This document shows, one piece after another, positions 9,096 through 19,843 of a stretch of 64,000 bases of DNA. Positions within the stretch are counted from its first letter, which is position 1. Each line of letters starts with the position of its first letter. The DNA lies in the IMG/VR virus record IMGVR_UViG_3300029305_003036, positions 2,332-66,331 of that record; one strand, written 5' to 3'. Under the pieces are notes generated by a model, which was given only the letters and a program-made list of their open reading frames with translations, did not search any database and had not been told where the DNA came from. The stretch is from a virus. A program made the position numbers and the translations under genes.

Positions 9096-10340
9096 ATGAT
9101 AACTCAAGAGATGCGTGATCATAAAAATATTATTAAATACAAAGTTGATAACTTTGATATAATATTTGAAAATGGTGATATTGAAAAATTGAATGGTGAT
9201 ATGGTTACACATTTATATATTGAAAAGGATTATGATGAATTATATTTCCCTATAGTAAATATATCAATAATGATGCAAGATGAATTATATCATAAGATAC
9301 AACAAGAAAATGATACTGTTAAATTTAGAATAAGAGTTGTAAAAAATATATACGATCAGGATATGAAATTTCTTAAATATGAACTATATTTTAATGAAAT
9401 ATTCCAATGCTTTAAGGATAAAGAAAATATTATAGAAGATAATAAAGTTGTTGAAACTAAAAAGGAAACTGAAGGGGAAGATTCAGTTACAATGGGAAAT
9501 AATACAAGAGATTTTTATTTATTTACAGATGAAGTGACTAAATGTAAGAAATTTTTCAACTTATCAATACAGTCAGCGTCTATGACAGACTTACTAGTTT
9601 ATATTTTAGGAGAAACAGGAATATCACAGTTATTAATGAGTAAATTAAATAATAATGAAACATTATCTAATGTAACAATACCGTCAGGTAACGCTATCGA
9701 TGCTATAAATTATTTAAATAACTTGAAATCATTATATGAAAAAGGCATGTTGTTATTTTTTGATGTAGATACAACTTTTCTTATAGATAAAAACTATAAA
9801 TGTACAGCTTGGAGAAAAAATGAAATAAGAATAACTCATATTCATATCGCCAATCAACAATCGAATGATAGTCAATTAAATGGATATTTTGAAAATAAAG
9901 ATAGAAAGCAAACGCATGTGTTTGCTAATACAGATAGGATACAAATAAAGAATACTAATATAACAAGTAACCAAATAGGTGGTAACAAAATTAAAATTAT
10001 AGATTCTAAAGCAGACTCTTCTCAAAACGTATCTGCTAGTACAACATCTGTAGGGAATACGAATGAACAACTACTAACTATTAAATCTGGTAATAAGTAT
10101 GCTGCATCAGATTTAAAAACTAGATTAGAAGAAAATGAATGTGTTTGTGGTGTAACGCTAATAGGTGTAGATACTGAAGTAGTTTCACCAAATAAAGAGA
10201 TATTATTAACATACGAAGATAGTAAACTTAATAAGCAGTATGGTGGAAATTATAGGGTGGTTAAGACGACTACGACGTTAACTAAAGATGCAGGGGAATT
10301 AGTCGGCGAAGTATTGGTTATAATTAAAAAACAAAAATAG
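9096..10340 (+). CDS. Probable virion structural protein (baseplate hub-like)
   Basis: 414 aa, beta-rich, C-terminal YGGNYRVVKTTTTL; function inferred from context. Confidence 0.4.
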   Translation: MITQEMRDHKNIIKYKVDNFDIIFENGDIEKLNGDMVTHLYIEKDYDELYFPIVNISIMMQDELYHKIQQENDTVKFRIRVVKNIYDQDMKFLKYELYFNEIFQCFKDKENIIEDNKVVETKKETEGEDSVTMGNNTRDFYLFTDEVTKCKKFFNLSIQSASMTDLLVYILGETGISQLLMSKLNNNETLSNVTIPSGNAIDAINYLNNLKSLYEKGMLLFFDVDTTFLIDKNYKCTAWRKNEIRITHIHIANQQSNDSQLNGYFENKDRKQTHVFANTDRIQIKNTNITSNQIGGNKIKIIDSKADSSQNVSASTTSVGNTNEQLLTIKSGNKYAASDLKTRLEENECVCGVTLIGVDTEVVSPNKEILLTYEDSKLNKQYGGNYRVVKTTTTLTKDAGELVGEVLVIIKKQK

Positions 10341-10369
10341 ATATAGGATAATATTATCCTATATCTATT
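10336..10369. terminator. Bidirectional terminator, perfect palindrome
   Basis: AATAGATATAGGATAAT|ATTATCCTATATCTATT between convergent genes. Confidence 0.8.
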
Positions 10370-11483
10370 CTTCTATTAATCCTTTTAATATATTTATATA
10401 ATCGAAATATCTTTCTTCTGCAACTGTTAATAAAACAGCTATTCCCATTTGTCTATCTTCCATTCCTCTTTCTTCTTTAGGTTCTTCTGTGTTCTCTGCA
10501 GGTTCTTTTTCAACAGGTTCATCATCTAAATTATCATCTTCTGTAACATCTTTATTATCAATCGGTTTTTCTTCTTTATTGTTATTTTGTTTTTTATCGT
10601 TTGATGCATTAGCTAAATTTTTAGAAGCACTTTTAATATCATTAAGACTACTTTTATTCGAAGTTTCATTACTTTTAGGTTCCTCTTGTTTTTTATTTTG
10701 AGTTGTATTAGCTAATTCTTTAGAAGCGTTATTAATATCTTTAAGAGATTCATCTGCTTCTAATAATAATTTTAGTCTATTTATAGGATACAAAGATTCT
10801 TTTACAGAAGCGTCACTTATAGAAACGATTATAGTGTTCATTTTTTCTTCTAAGAATTGTCTGCCCGCTAAGAAACTTTCACAATACGCTACCATATTTT
10901 CTATAGCCATTCTAGCTTCTTCACCTTTTACTTTTCTTAATCCTATTTCTCTTCTAGAAGTTCCTGTTCTAAAATAATTATCTAATCCATTCTTTAAGTT
11001 TTCATTCTTATCTTCAAATCTTCGTAATTTATCTCCGATATTTTCACTACCGTTAGTATTTACAAATGCTTTATCGAAAATGTTGTGTCTATTAAGTAAT
11101 TGCTCAAATGATACTTTGTAATCACTCAGTACTTCTAGTTCTATCTCTTCAAAGTTTAATCCTAGTATTTTTTTCTTATTTGTAGCAAGCCATTTCTTAT
11201 CACGTTGGATTATTTTTTCATGTTTATTAAAAAAATTTACTTTTATATTAGAAATGGATATTCCTTCAGTCAACATATCTTCTAATTCATATAAACGTTC
11301 AATACAGTTAGAACTTGATATATCGTGAAATGCTTCTAAAACTGTTAGATTAAATTCAACATCTTTTGATTGTAGTAAAATCGATTTTAAATCTGTAAGC
11401 ATTTCATATATAATATTTTCATATGATTCTTCGGTTATCATTTTTTTATATTTTCTTAGTTGATGCAATAAATTAGAGTTCAT
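10365..11483 (-). CDS. Probable head/virion protein
   Basis: Late promoter 11509-11520; VLEA/LTEG/VKES/LLEA sites; charged low-complexity insert. Confidence 0.5.
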   Translation of the reverse strand: MNSNLLHQLRKYKKMITEESYENIIYEMLTDLKSILLQSKDVEFNLTVLEAFHDISSSNCIERLYELEDMLTEGISISNIKVNFFNKHEKIIQRDKKWLATNKKKILGLNFEEIELEVLSDYKVSFEQLLNRHNIFDKAFVNTNGSENIGDKLRRFEDKNENLKNGLDNYFRTGTSRREIGLRKVKGEEARMAIENMVAYCESFLAGRQFLEEKMNTIIVSISDASVKESLYPINRLKLLLEADESLKDINNASKELANTTQNKKQEEPKSNETSNKSSLNDIKSASKNLANASNDKKQNNNKEEKPIDNKDVTEDDNLDDEPVEKEPAENTEEPKEERGMEDRQMGIAVLLTVAEERYFDYINILKGLIEE

Positions 11484-11508
11484 ATTAATCCTCCTTAACG
11501 ATATATAT

Positions 11509-11520
11509 TATGAAATTGTT
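11509..11520 (-). promoter_or_regulatory. Late promoter AACA-N6-TA
   Basis: AACA-ATTTCA-TA upstream of the RBS. Confidence 0.65.
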
Positions 11521-11531
11521 GAAGGGTAAAA

Positions 11532-11567
11532 TAAATAGATATAGGATAAAAATCCTATATCTATTTA
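11532..11567. terminator. Hairpin terminator with the same arm as 10336-10369
   Basis: TAAATAGATATAGGAT-AAAA-ATCCTATATCTATTTA. Confidence 0.75.
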
Positions 11568-11573
11568 AATATT

Positions 11574-12770
11574 TTACCATTCTATATTATCATAATCTTC
11601 TTCATCTATTATTTCCCAAGATTCATTTTTAGGTTTAGGACCCTGTCTTTCAGTTTCAGCTCCGTATGCTTTATTAGCATCATATTCTCTTTCAGCATCA
11701 GTTCTGTCATCTCCACCTAATTTTCCTCTAGCCATTGCAGCTGAATCTTTTCTACTGAATCCAGCTTTTCTTGCTTGACCGTATTCTTTTTGACGTCTTG
11801 AATCTTCGTCAGTTGCTGGAGCATCGTTTACTTTACCAGCTTCATAGTTTCCACCTAAAGCTTTTTTGATTATTGCAGTACATGCTTTAGATATATTTTT
11901 AACACAAGATATTTCTTCAGATAACATTTTATTTAAAACTTGTATAGCGAATTGGAAGTTAGCAGCATCTTCTGCAGCTTTAGTTGCAGCGTCTCCTTCT
12001 TTTCCTTCTCCACCTTTTTTAATTTCAGCTAATATTTCTTTGAATTTTCCATCTGTTTCTTTTTGGTTCTTTTTAAGAGCATCCATATATGTTTTTTTGT
12101 TTCCAGCCCAGTCCATTATTTCGCTAGGTTGTAATTTTTTTATTTCATATTCTTTAGCTTCTTTATCAGCATAATATAAGTTTTCAACCATATCACCAAC
12201 ACCTTTGATATCGTGAACACCTATAGAATCTAATACAGTTTGTTTTGATTGACCTACAGCTTGTAATTTAGAAACTTTACCAGCTACTGCAGCAGTAGAA
12301 CCAGCATATCCTCTTGGATGTCTCATTTTTATTTTAGCTTTAGATTGTCTCATAGCATCTGGTATTTCTTTTCTATATTTTACAACTAAGTTTTCCCCAG
12401 ATTGGAAATGATTAGCTATTGCTCTGAAAGCAGAAGCAAACCATTGTTTTATTCTTTCCCATAATTTTTTAATTTTTTGTCCTAAACCTTCTTTTTTCTC
12501 TTCTTTAGCAGCTTCCATAACATGAACTATTTTTTCTTCATCGAAATCATCATACATCATGTTTTCTATTACTAAATCTTCTAAATACCAAGCAGCTCTT
12601 AGTTCTATCATTTCATTAGTAGACTCTAAAGTTATATCTTCTAATGCTTCTATAGCAGCATCTAAGTCTTCGAATTCTATAGAATTATCTATATTGAATT
12701 CATATCCTTCAACTAACATATCTACTCCGTATTTTCTTTCATTAAATAAATCGTATATGTTCTTAGCCAT
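11574..12770 (-). CDS. Internal head protein-like (NIYD family)
   Basis: MAKNIYDLFNER; acidic propeptide ending VMEA; helix KIKKLWERIKQWF; own late promoter. Confidence 0.6.
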   Translation of the reverse strand: MAKNIYDLFNERKYGVDMLVEGYEFNIDNSIEFEDLDAAIEALEDITLESTNEMIELRAAWYLEDLVIENMMYDDFDEEKIVHVMEAAKEEKKEGLGQKIKKLWERIKQWFASAFRAIANHFQSGENLVVKYRKEIPDAMRQSKAKIKMRHPRGYAGSTAAVAGKVSKLQAVGQSKQTVLDSIGVHDIKGVGDMVENLYYADKEAKEYEIKKLQPSEIMDWAGNKKTYMDALKKNQKETDGKFKEILAEIKKGGEGKEGDAATKAAEDAANFQFAIQVLNKMLSEEISCVKNISKACTAIIKKALGGNYEAGKVNDAPATDEDSRRQKEYGQARKAGFSRKDSAAMARGKLGGDDRTDAEREYDANKAYGAETERQGPKPKNESWEIIDEEDYDNIEW

Positions 12771-12808
12771 TTTTAAGTTTCCTCCTTAAATTATAATTAT
12801 ATTATTAT

Positions 12809-12820
12809 TAAATTATTGTT
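12809..12820 (-). promoter_or_regulatory. Late promoter AACA-N6-TA
   Basis: AACA-ATAATT-TA. Confidence 0.65.
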
Positions 12821-12835
12821 CTGTTTTTAAATTTA

Positions 12836-13834
12836 TTAAATGAACATAAAATCGTTACCATCGTTAGTGACATTGGCAATATTCCATTGCTTATTGTCTT
12901 GTTTAATGCTATTAGCTGATGATTTACTAGCTAATTGGTCTGATATTCTTATTTTATCAGCCATTCTCTCTAATTTATTCATATACCCTTTTTGTTTGTC
13001 TAATATTTTGTTTCTTTTTTGAGCATCCATATTAGCTGAATTTAAACTGAACGCATTCATTTCTAATAATTCTTTTTGATAAGCTAATTTTTCAGCAAGA
13101 GACATTTTAGCATCATAGAAATAAAATATTAATAATCTTAATGTAGGAACTATAGCAGCACCTATAGCTATTGCTCCAACAACTTTAACACCTGCAGCTG
13201 CAGCAGTAGCAGCTCCTAAGAAGTTTTCTTGTTTTTTACTAAATAGACCATCTGCAAATTTGTTAAATGAACCATCCTTAACAGATTGATTAAATTTGTC
13301 TAAACTTTCTATACAAACATTACCAGAAATACCTTTTCCTTTTTTAACTTGGAATTCTATATTGTTTACAGTTTTAGTAAACTCTACATATGAAGCTAAT
13401 AATAATATAGTGGCATCAACACAAGCTAAAACTAAAGCTTGATAATACATTTTTATAAAGTCGATATCCATTTGATATCCTTTTTCAAATATTCTCTTTT
13501 GTATTCTGATATTATCTATAGCATTTTCAACTATATCTAATTCAACCATTTTAAATCCAAATTTTTTAGTTAATGCTTTAAGCATTTCTATAGTAGCTAC
13601 CATATTATCGTATCCACTAAATTTTTGTATATCCCCTCTACTATTAGGTATATCACCAAAATCTATATCTTTTCTTTTTAATGCAGATTGATATAAATTA
13701 CCAACCATTCTGTCATTAACTAAAGCTTGTTGCTCTTCAGTAAGAGCATATATTTTTGATTTTTCAGTATACGATGTAGCATTTTCTATAAGTATATCCA
13801 TACAATAATTTCTTTTAAACACAGTTATCACCAC
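12836..13834 (-). CDS. Probable virion protein with an Ala-rich hydrophobic segment
   Basis: 332-aa ORF in a late operon; start codon uncertain. Confidence 0.55.
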   Translation of the reverse strand: MVITVFKRNYCMDILIENATSYTEKSKIYALTEEQQALVNDRMVGNLYQSALKRKDIDFGDIPNSRGDIQKFSGYDNMVATIEMLKALTKKFGFKMVELDIVENAIDNIRIQKRIFEKGYQMDIDFIKMYYQALVLACVDATILLLASYVEFTKTVNNIEFQVKKGKGISGNVCIESLDKFNQSVKDGSFNKFADGLFSKKQENFLGAATAAAAGVKVVGAIAIGAAIVPTLRLLIFYFYDAKMSLAEKLAYQKELLEMNAFSLNSANMDAQKRNKILDKQKGYMNKLERMADKIRISDQLASKSSANSIKQDNKQWNIANVTNDGNDFMFI

Positions 13835-13837
13835 CTT

Positions 13838-15511
13838 CTATAATCTTCCACTATTTATCATTTTATATATATCTTTAAAATCGTTTTTATTATTATTTTC
13901 TCTTTCTAATCCTTTGAATGATAATGCTTGATAATCATGTTCACCATCAAATATGAAATAGCATAATTCTTGTGATTCATCAACTACAACGAAACCTAAT
14001 AAGAAATATCTATCCATTAATTTAACTATGTTTCTAGTATCCATTAAATCGACATTATAAACATCTTTTATTTCCATAATTTCTTCCATAGAACATACTA
14101 TAGTTGCGTTTGGCATTATTTTATTTGCACTATATATATTTTTAATTCTAGCTAATGTTCTATTACGTTTTAATGTTGTCCACCAGTGAGAACCTTTACT
14201 ATGTTTTCTAATAACATCTTCTTTTATTTCTCCTATATTAAATACTAGATCTTTTAGGAAAGAAATTTCTCCAGAAGTCCATCTTAAGAAATTAAAGAAT
14301 TTATTACCGGCTTTGTAGCCGTCTAATAGATTGCTTACCATCTCATCAGAATTAACTGGATGTAATAACCCTTTAACACCTATAACAAAATTTATGTTAC
14401 CACCAAAATTGTCTTTTTTCATTTGTTGAACAGTTACTGTTAATGAAGTAGGTACCAATTCATTACATTTCTTAACATCAGTATCAGATAATCTAACAAC
14501 AGTTCTCGATCTATTTAACGCATTATCTTTTTCTATCTCTGCCTTAAATGCAGCTCTTTTAATTTCTTCTTCATTTTTATCTTGTTCTGCTTTGAAGACT
14601 GTTTCAGGATCTTTATCGTTAGCTTTTTTAGATTGAGTACCTTTAGGTTCTTGAGTTCTATCGTTAGCTTTAGCTCCTTTATTAGGATCAGTTGATTGTT
14701 TTTTATCATTCATTCCAGAAGAATTGTTAGCTTTTCTAGACTCTGTACCTTTAGGTTCTTGAGTTCTATCATTAGCTTTAGCTCCTTTATTAGGATCAGC
14801 TGATTGTTTTTTGTTATCAGTAGAATTATGCGGAGCTTCATTGTTTACATGTGCACCAGACACATCAGGTTCAGGATTCTTACCATTTTTTAAGTCATTA
14901 TATGCTTGAGCGAATCCATCCATTCCTTTATACGTTTTATGCCCATTGTCTTTTTTAGGTCTATGTTTAGCCTCTGTTAACATGAAATAATCTAACGATG
15001 CGTTTGCTCTTTCAAGAGTTATTTGCTCAGGTTTGAATAAATCGTTTAATTTAGTTTGATTTAATTGTTCTTCTATGTTATACATTTGCTCTTTATTTGA
15101 ACGTAAAACTTGACCGTTACAACCTTCATTTATAGATGTTATCATTCTTAAACCTAACGCTTCATCACTATAAACATTTATACAACTTTCTATAACATCT
15201 ATAGGTGTAGGATTGTTTTGATGTAATTTTTGAATGAAACTAGTTATATCATCATGATCCCAGTTTATTACAGGATTTAATGATATTACTAATTGAACAA
15301 ATACGGCATATTGACGTTCTAATGCTTTTGCAACATTACTTGCAGTATCTATATTTATAGATCTTGAAGTTATTACAGGAAATTGTAACGTTGCAGCAGA
15401 GCTTCTTTTAGATAATGATGTTCCTCTAACATCATTAGCTTTTACTCCCATTTCCTTTATAATACCTTTAGCATCACGCAGCATGTCGCCTAATTCTTTT
15501 AAACTACCCAT
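13838..15511 (-). CDS. Probable virion structural protein with an internal 36-aa tandem repeat
   Basis: 557 aa; late promoter 15553-15564. Confidence 0.55.
   Translation of the reverse strand: MGSLKELGDMLRDAKGIIKEMGVKANDVRGTSLSKRSSAATLQFPVITSRSINIDTASNVAKALERQYAVFVQLVISLNPVINWDHDDITSFIQKLHQNNPTPIDVIESCINVYSDEALGLRMITSINEGCNGQVLRSNKEQMYNIEEQLNQTKLNDLFKPEQITLERANASLDYFMLTEAKHRPKKDNGHKTYKGMDGFAQAYNDLKNGKNPEPDVSGAHVNNEAPHNSTDNKKQSADPNKGAKANDRTQEPKGTESRKANNSSGMNDKKQSTDPNKGAKANDRTQEPKGTQSKKANDKDPETVFKAEQDKNEEEIKRAAFKAEIEKDNALNRSRTVVRLSDTDVKKCNELVPTSLTVTVQQMKKDNFGGNINFVIGVKGLLHPVNSDEMVSNLLDGYKAGNKFFNFLRWTSGEISFLKDLVFNIGEIKEDVIRKHSKGSHWWTTLKRNRTLARIKNIYSANKIMPNATIVCSMEEIMEIKDVYNVDLMDTRNIVKLMDRYFLLGFVVVDESQELCYFIFDGEHDYQALSFKGLERENNNKNDFKDIYKMINSGRL
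14616..14820. repeat. 108-bp-period tandem duplication in coding sequence
   Basis: KKQS(A/T)DPNKGAKANDRTQEPKGT twice. Confidence 0.9.
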
Positions 15512-15552
15512 TTATAACAACTCCTTTTTTGTATATTTACATTTTTACAATT

Positions 15553-15600
15553 TACATAATTGTTTTACCCATAGATAGTTAGCGGGAAAACAACTAAGTA
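15553..15600. promoter_or_regulatory. Divergent pair of late promoters
   Basis: Minus AACA-ATTATG-TA (15553-15564); plus AACA-ACTAAG-TA (15589-15600). Confidence 0.7.
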
Positions 15601-15626
15601 AGACTTATTGAAAATACTAAGAAAGG

Positions 15627-17075
15627 ATGATGCTTATGAGATGGCATGTTTCAGTTACAAATGTAAGCACTAGATTAAGGGTTCGAACAGGACCAGGTCT
15701 TTCATATAGAATAGTTAACTGGAAATATCAAGGCAATACAGGAATTGTTGTAGATTCTAAAACTTCAGGTGGGCTAACATGGTATAAATGGGAAGATACG
15801 GGTTATTGGTCATGTGCTATTGAAAAAGGAACAAGATATCTTACTATGATCTACGATTTAGAAATTAAAGAGCCAGAACCAGAACCTCAACCAGCACCGA
15901 CACCAAAAGAACCAGAACCTACTCCGATAGATTGGGGTACTAAACCTGAGATTAATACTGGGAAAGATGATGAAAATAATTTGGGTGGAACAGGTTATGT
16001 GTCAACTTGGTATCAACCAAGTTATAAAGGTTCTGCTACATTTAAAGAAATTGATTATAAGACGTATTCTGATAAACATATATTAACAGAAATTTCTAAA
16101 ATTAAATATAATATGGATATCGGTTATAAAAATAAAAATGATGTGTATAGTGATTTTGATAGTGATAATAATAGTAAAGGATATTTTTCTGATTTACAAA
16201 AGAAACTATATAACTCATTCAATAGAAATAAAACTGCTTTTCCGGATAAGCAATTAACTAAAAGTTTTGCTTATGTATTTTTTACTAGACCGGATTTAAA
16301 TATCCTTGCTCGACCTACTAATTCAAAAGAATTGGGATTAACATATCAAACAGCTATTGACAAGAAATATCAATACTTATGGGAAAACAATCCCTGGTGT
16401 TTAAAATCATTAGTTACTGCTGGTAATCCAAACCATAAGTTTATGGTATTTTTATCTAATGAAGCTGCATCATTTGAGGTCGGGGATGTTGTATTAAAAA
16501 ATTACGAACACGGTGAAACGTTCAACGGGCATAAAATAATATACGGTAGATCTGATATAGAATCTAATGTTGCAGGGGAAATGTCTATACGTTATGTGGA
16601 TACTGTTAATTTAGACGTATTTAAATTACATTTAGCTTGGGTAGATTATATAAGTAAAGTTTCAAGGGGTGTATTTGCACCTAAACGATCTTATGTTAAA
16701 TCTAAAATATTAGACTATCCTTGCTCATGTTATTATTTCTTATGCGGACCTGATGGAAGTACTATATTATATTGGCAAAAACTTACAGGTGTTTTTCCTG
16801 TTAATACTGGAGAAAATGCATTCTCTTGGGATACTGGAACATTATTAGCAAAACCTGAAATAAATATAAAATATATGTATTCATTTAAAACACCAATGGA
16901 TCCAATTTCATTGGTAGAGTTTAATAATTTATCATCAAGTGCTAAAAAGCAGAAAATTGGCTATGAAAAAGAAAACTTACATACAGGATCAACACTTTCT
17001 CATTGTCCAAGAATATGGGAAACCACAGACACTGTTGGTAATAAAATTTTTAGATTAATATGGGTTGAAAATTAA
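15627..17075 (+). CDS. Virion structural protein with N-terminal SH3b domain and PE-rich linker
   Basis: LRVRTGPGLSYRIV; EPEPEPQPAPTP; YVFFTRPDLNI, a motif recalled from phiKZ-like structural proteins. Confidence 0.6.
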   Translation: MMLMRWHVSVTNVSTRLRVRTGPGLSYRIVNWKYQGNTGIVVDSKTSGGLTWYKWEDTGYWSCAIEKGTRYLTMIYDLEIKEPEPEPQPAPTPKEPEPTPIDWGTKPEINTGKDDENNLGGTGYVSTWYQPSYKGSATFKEIDYKTYSDKHILTEISKIKYNMDIGYKNKNDVYSDFDSDNNSKGYFSDLQKKLYNSFNRNKTAFPDKQLTKSFAYVFFTRPDLNILARPTNSKELGLTYQTAIDKKYQYLWENNPWCLKSLVTAGNPNHKFMVFLSNEAASFEVGDVVLKNYEHGETFNGHKIIYGRSDIESNVAGEMSIRYVDTVNLDVFKLHLAWVDYISKVSRGVFAPKRSYVKSKILDYPCSCYYFLCGPDGSTILYWQKLTGVFPVNTGENAFSWDTGTLLAKPEINIKYMYSFKTPMDPISLVEFNNLSSSAKKQKIGYEKENLHTGSTLSHCPRIWETTDTVGNKIFRLIWVEN

Positions 17076-17094
17076 TTAAGGAGGGTGATAAAGA

Positions 17095-19785
17095 ATGTCA
17101 GATGATGTTAAAAAATATACCTCGTTATACGACATTAAAGATTTTGCATTAAATACTATAGGTCCTAAGTATTTCCCAGAAGATGTTATAGAAGGATACA
17201 ATGTCGGTTTATTGGGATATAGTTTAGATTTTATGTCAACTACTACTGAGGATGTTTTCAACACAGTTCCTATAGTAGCAAATGAAATGTTTCCAAATTT
17301 AGCACAAATGCCAAATTCTATTTATAATTATGCATCGTTATTCCAAGAAGATAATTTACTATCTACACCCGCAGTTATGGAATGTATTTTATTATTACCT
17401 ATAGATTCATTATTAGCACATTCAACATATGGTTCTGATGGTACATATATGCAATTTATATTAGATCAACGTACTAGAGTTGAAGTAGAAGGACATAGAT
17501 TTATATTAGATTATGATATATTAATTACTATGAGACCTTATAGGAAAGATTATATTATAACATGTAGTTATTTAAAAGAATTTAATAATAGTATAAGCAA
17601 TATAGTGAATCCGTATATAAAATATCAAAAGTATAATTACAATGGTACTAAATATATAGCAATGTTAGTAAAAATGAGACAATGTGATAAAAATGAATAT
17701 ACTACTAGAATAATTGATAATGATAGAATAAACATCACGACTATACAAGTGCCTTTTACAGATCAATTAGCGGGATTTGAAGTATTTTATAGGGATTCAT
17801 CAACTAAAAAATTTATACAGTTACAAAAGAAAATAGTAAATTCAAAAGCAATAAAGGAACCGTTCTGTTATTATAAATTAAAAACAGATAATCTTTTAGA
17901 ACTTACTTTTACTACCAGAGAAAATTATTTTAAACCATTATTTAATTCGGAATTAAAAGTTGAATATTACACTACAACTGGTACTACAGGTAATTTTGAT
18001 TTGTATACGGGACATGATGTTGAAGTATATAGAAATTACGATAAATACGAAAATAATTCTAAAGTTCCAGTAGTAGCTATTGTTGAATCGGCATCCACTA
18101 CAGGTACAAATAGACCGGATCTATTAGAACTTAGAGATAGAGTTGCTGATTGTTTTGCTACAGTAGATTCATATACAACAGAATCTGATCTTCAAAGACA
18201 TTTTAATTCATTTGATATTCTAAATGATGTTAGAGTCAATTTTATTAAGAAGAGAGATGATATTTTTGATAGATTGTATACTGCCTTTTCCATTAGTAAA
18301 GATAGTTATGGTTCATATTATAAAACTAATACACTTCAATTAAAAATATATAATTCTCAATTTGACCATCAATTCGAGCAATCTGATAGAAAATTGTTGA
18401 AACCTAGTAACGTATTTATATACGAAGGTTCATCTACTAATAAAATGATTAAAGTCGAAAAAGATAATATTTTCGATTTATCTTTTAATAATAAATTTAT
18501 ATATCAAAATCCATTTTTAATGACAGTATCTAATAATGGTACTGTGGGTTATTATTTAAATAATATTAATGATAAAATACAATTAGATTATGAGTATGTA
18601 AATGATAGTTCTATGGTTCAATTTATATGTAATAATATATATGTATATAGATCATCATTAAATGGTGAGAATACGTATAAATTTAAAGTTTATCTTACTG
18701 CGACTGACACTGATATAGAAAGTCCTATGATAGATGAAGAAGGTAATGACACTGGAAGGGTACATGTTGTATTATCGTTCTTATTTAAAAATGGTAAAGA
18801 AGCGGGATATATTGAATGTAAAAAAACTTCATTTGATAATGAAGGCTTAAAATATGTATTTGAAGGTGAAGTGACTACCGATGATTTTATTTCTGATACA
18901 GAAACTATAAGACTTTACGGGTTGAAAGATATTAACAATGGATCCGATCGTGTTGTAATGGTACCTATGACTAATCTTAAAATGAATGTGTATGCATTCT
19001 TTGAATATGAAAATAACAATACTATGAATAACTATAGTCATTTACCAGGGTTTCATACTCCAGTATATAATGATGAAGGGAAGTTAATATCAAAAGTCCC
19101 TAATTGTACATTAACTAATAAATATACCACAGAAGAAACACGAGTTGAACTAATAACTCCTTTAAATATGTTAAAATCACATATGACTTGGGAGAAAGAT
19201 GAATACAATTCAACGTATATTTTAATAAAAGATGTACCTGTTATAAAATGGAAGGAGAGAATAACACAAGAAGATATAAATGAGTTTGATAGATTTATGC
19301 AGATTTTATCATCACAATATGACTATATGGATGAAATTATGAGTAAGAAAACTAATAATTATTCAATAGATATGAAGTTTTATAATACTTACGGAAGATC
19401 AAATAACTTTGTTATAGGTGATCAACAAGAAGCGCTTAATCATGTAAATTGTACATTAGAATTAAAAGTATATCCGTATGTTAAATCTGAAGGAGCTCAA
19501 TTAGTACAGGATATGAAAATATTTATTAAAGAATATTTTGAATCTGTAAATAAAGAAATGAACGAAGGAATATTTATATCAAATCTAATACAAGAATTAG
19601 AAAACACTTTCTCCGGAATAAGATATCTTAAATTCGTATCTATGAATGGGTATGATAATGATTACCAGAGTATAGAAAATACTGCAGTAGATGTTACTAC
19701 TTTGAAAAAAGAAGACCGAATTACATTTGTTCCAGAATATTTGAATATAGAACTTGAAGATATTATAATAGATTTACTTAACTAA
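17095..19785 (+). CDS. Probable baseplate wedge-like structural protein
   Basis: 896 aa; VEYYTTTGTTGNF, TGTNRPDLLELR; late operon. Confidence 0.5.
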   Translation: MSDDVKKYTSLYDIKDFALNTIGPKYFPEDVIEGYNVGLLGYSLDFMSTTTEDVFNTVPIVANEMFPNLAQMPNSIYNYASLFQEDNLLSTPAVMECILLLPIDSLLAHSTYGSDGTYMQFILDQRTRVEVEGHRFILDYDILITMRPYRKDYIITCSYLKEFNNSISNIVNPYIKYQKYNYNGTKYIAMLVKMRQCDKNEYTTRIIDNDRINITTIQVPFTDQLAGFEVFYRDSSTKKFIQLQKKIVNSKAIKEPFCYYKLKTDNLLELTFTTRENYFKPLFNSELKVEYYTTTGTTGNFDLYTGHDVEVYRNYDKYENNSKVPVVAIVESASTTGTNRPDLLELRDRVADCFATVDSYTTESDLQRHFNSFDILNDVRVNFIKKRDDIFDRLYTAFSISKDSYGSYYKTNTLQLKIYNSQFDHQFEQSDRKLLKPSNVFIYEGSSTNKMIKVEKDNIFDLSFNNKFIYQNPFLMTVSNNGTVGYYLNNINDKIQLDYEYVNDSSMVQFICNNIYVYRSSLNGENTYKFKVYLTATDTDIESPMIDEEGNDTGRVHVVLSFLFKNGKEAGYIECKKTSFDNEGLKYVFEGEVTTDDFISDTETIRLYGLKDINNGSDRVVMVPMTNLKMNVYAFFEYENNNTMNNYSHLPGFHTPVYNDEGKLISKVPNCTLTNKYTTEETRVELITPLNMLKSHMTWEKDEYNSTYILIKDVPVIKWKERITQEDINEFDRFMQILSSQYDYMDEIMSKKTNNYSIDMKFYNTYGRSNNFVIGDQQEALNHVNCTLELKVYPYVKSEGAQLVQDMKIFIKEYFESVNKEMNEGIFISNLIQELENTFSGIRYLKFVSMNGYDNDYQSIENTAVDVTTLKKEDRITFVPEYLNIELEDIIIDLLN

Positions 19786-19798
19786 AATATTGATAGAA

Positions 19799-19810
19799 AA
19801 CAATATTTTA
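19799..19810 (+). promoter_or_regulatory. Late promoter AACA-N6-TA
   Basis: AACA-ATATTT-TA. Confidence 0.6.
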
Positions 19811-19843
19811 ATGGTGAATAAAAATTATTAATAGGAAGGAGAC

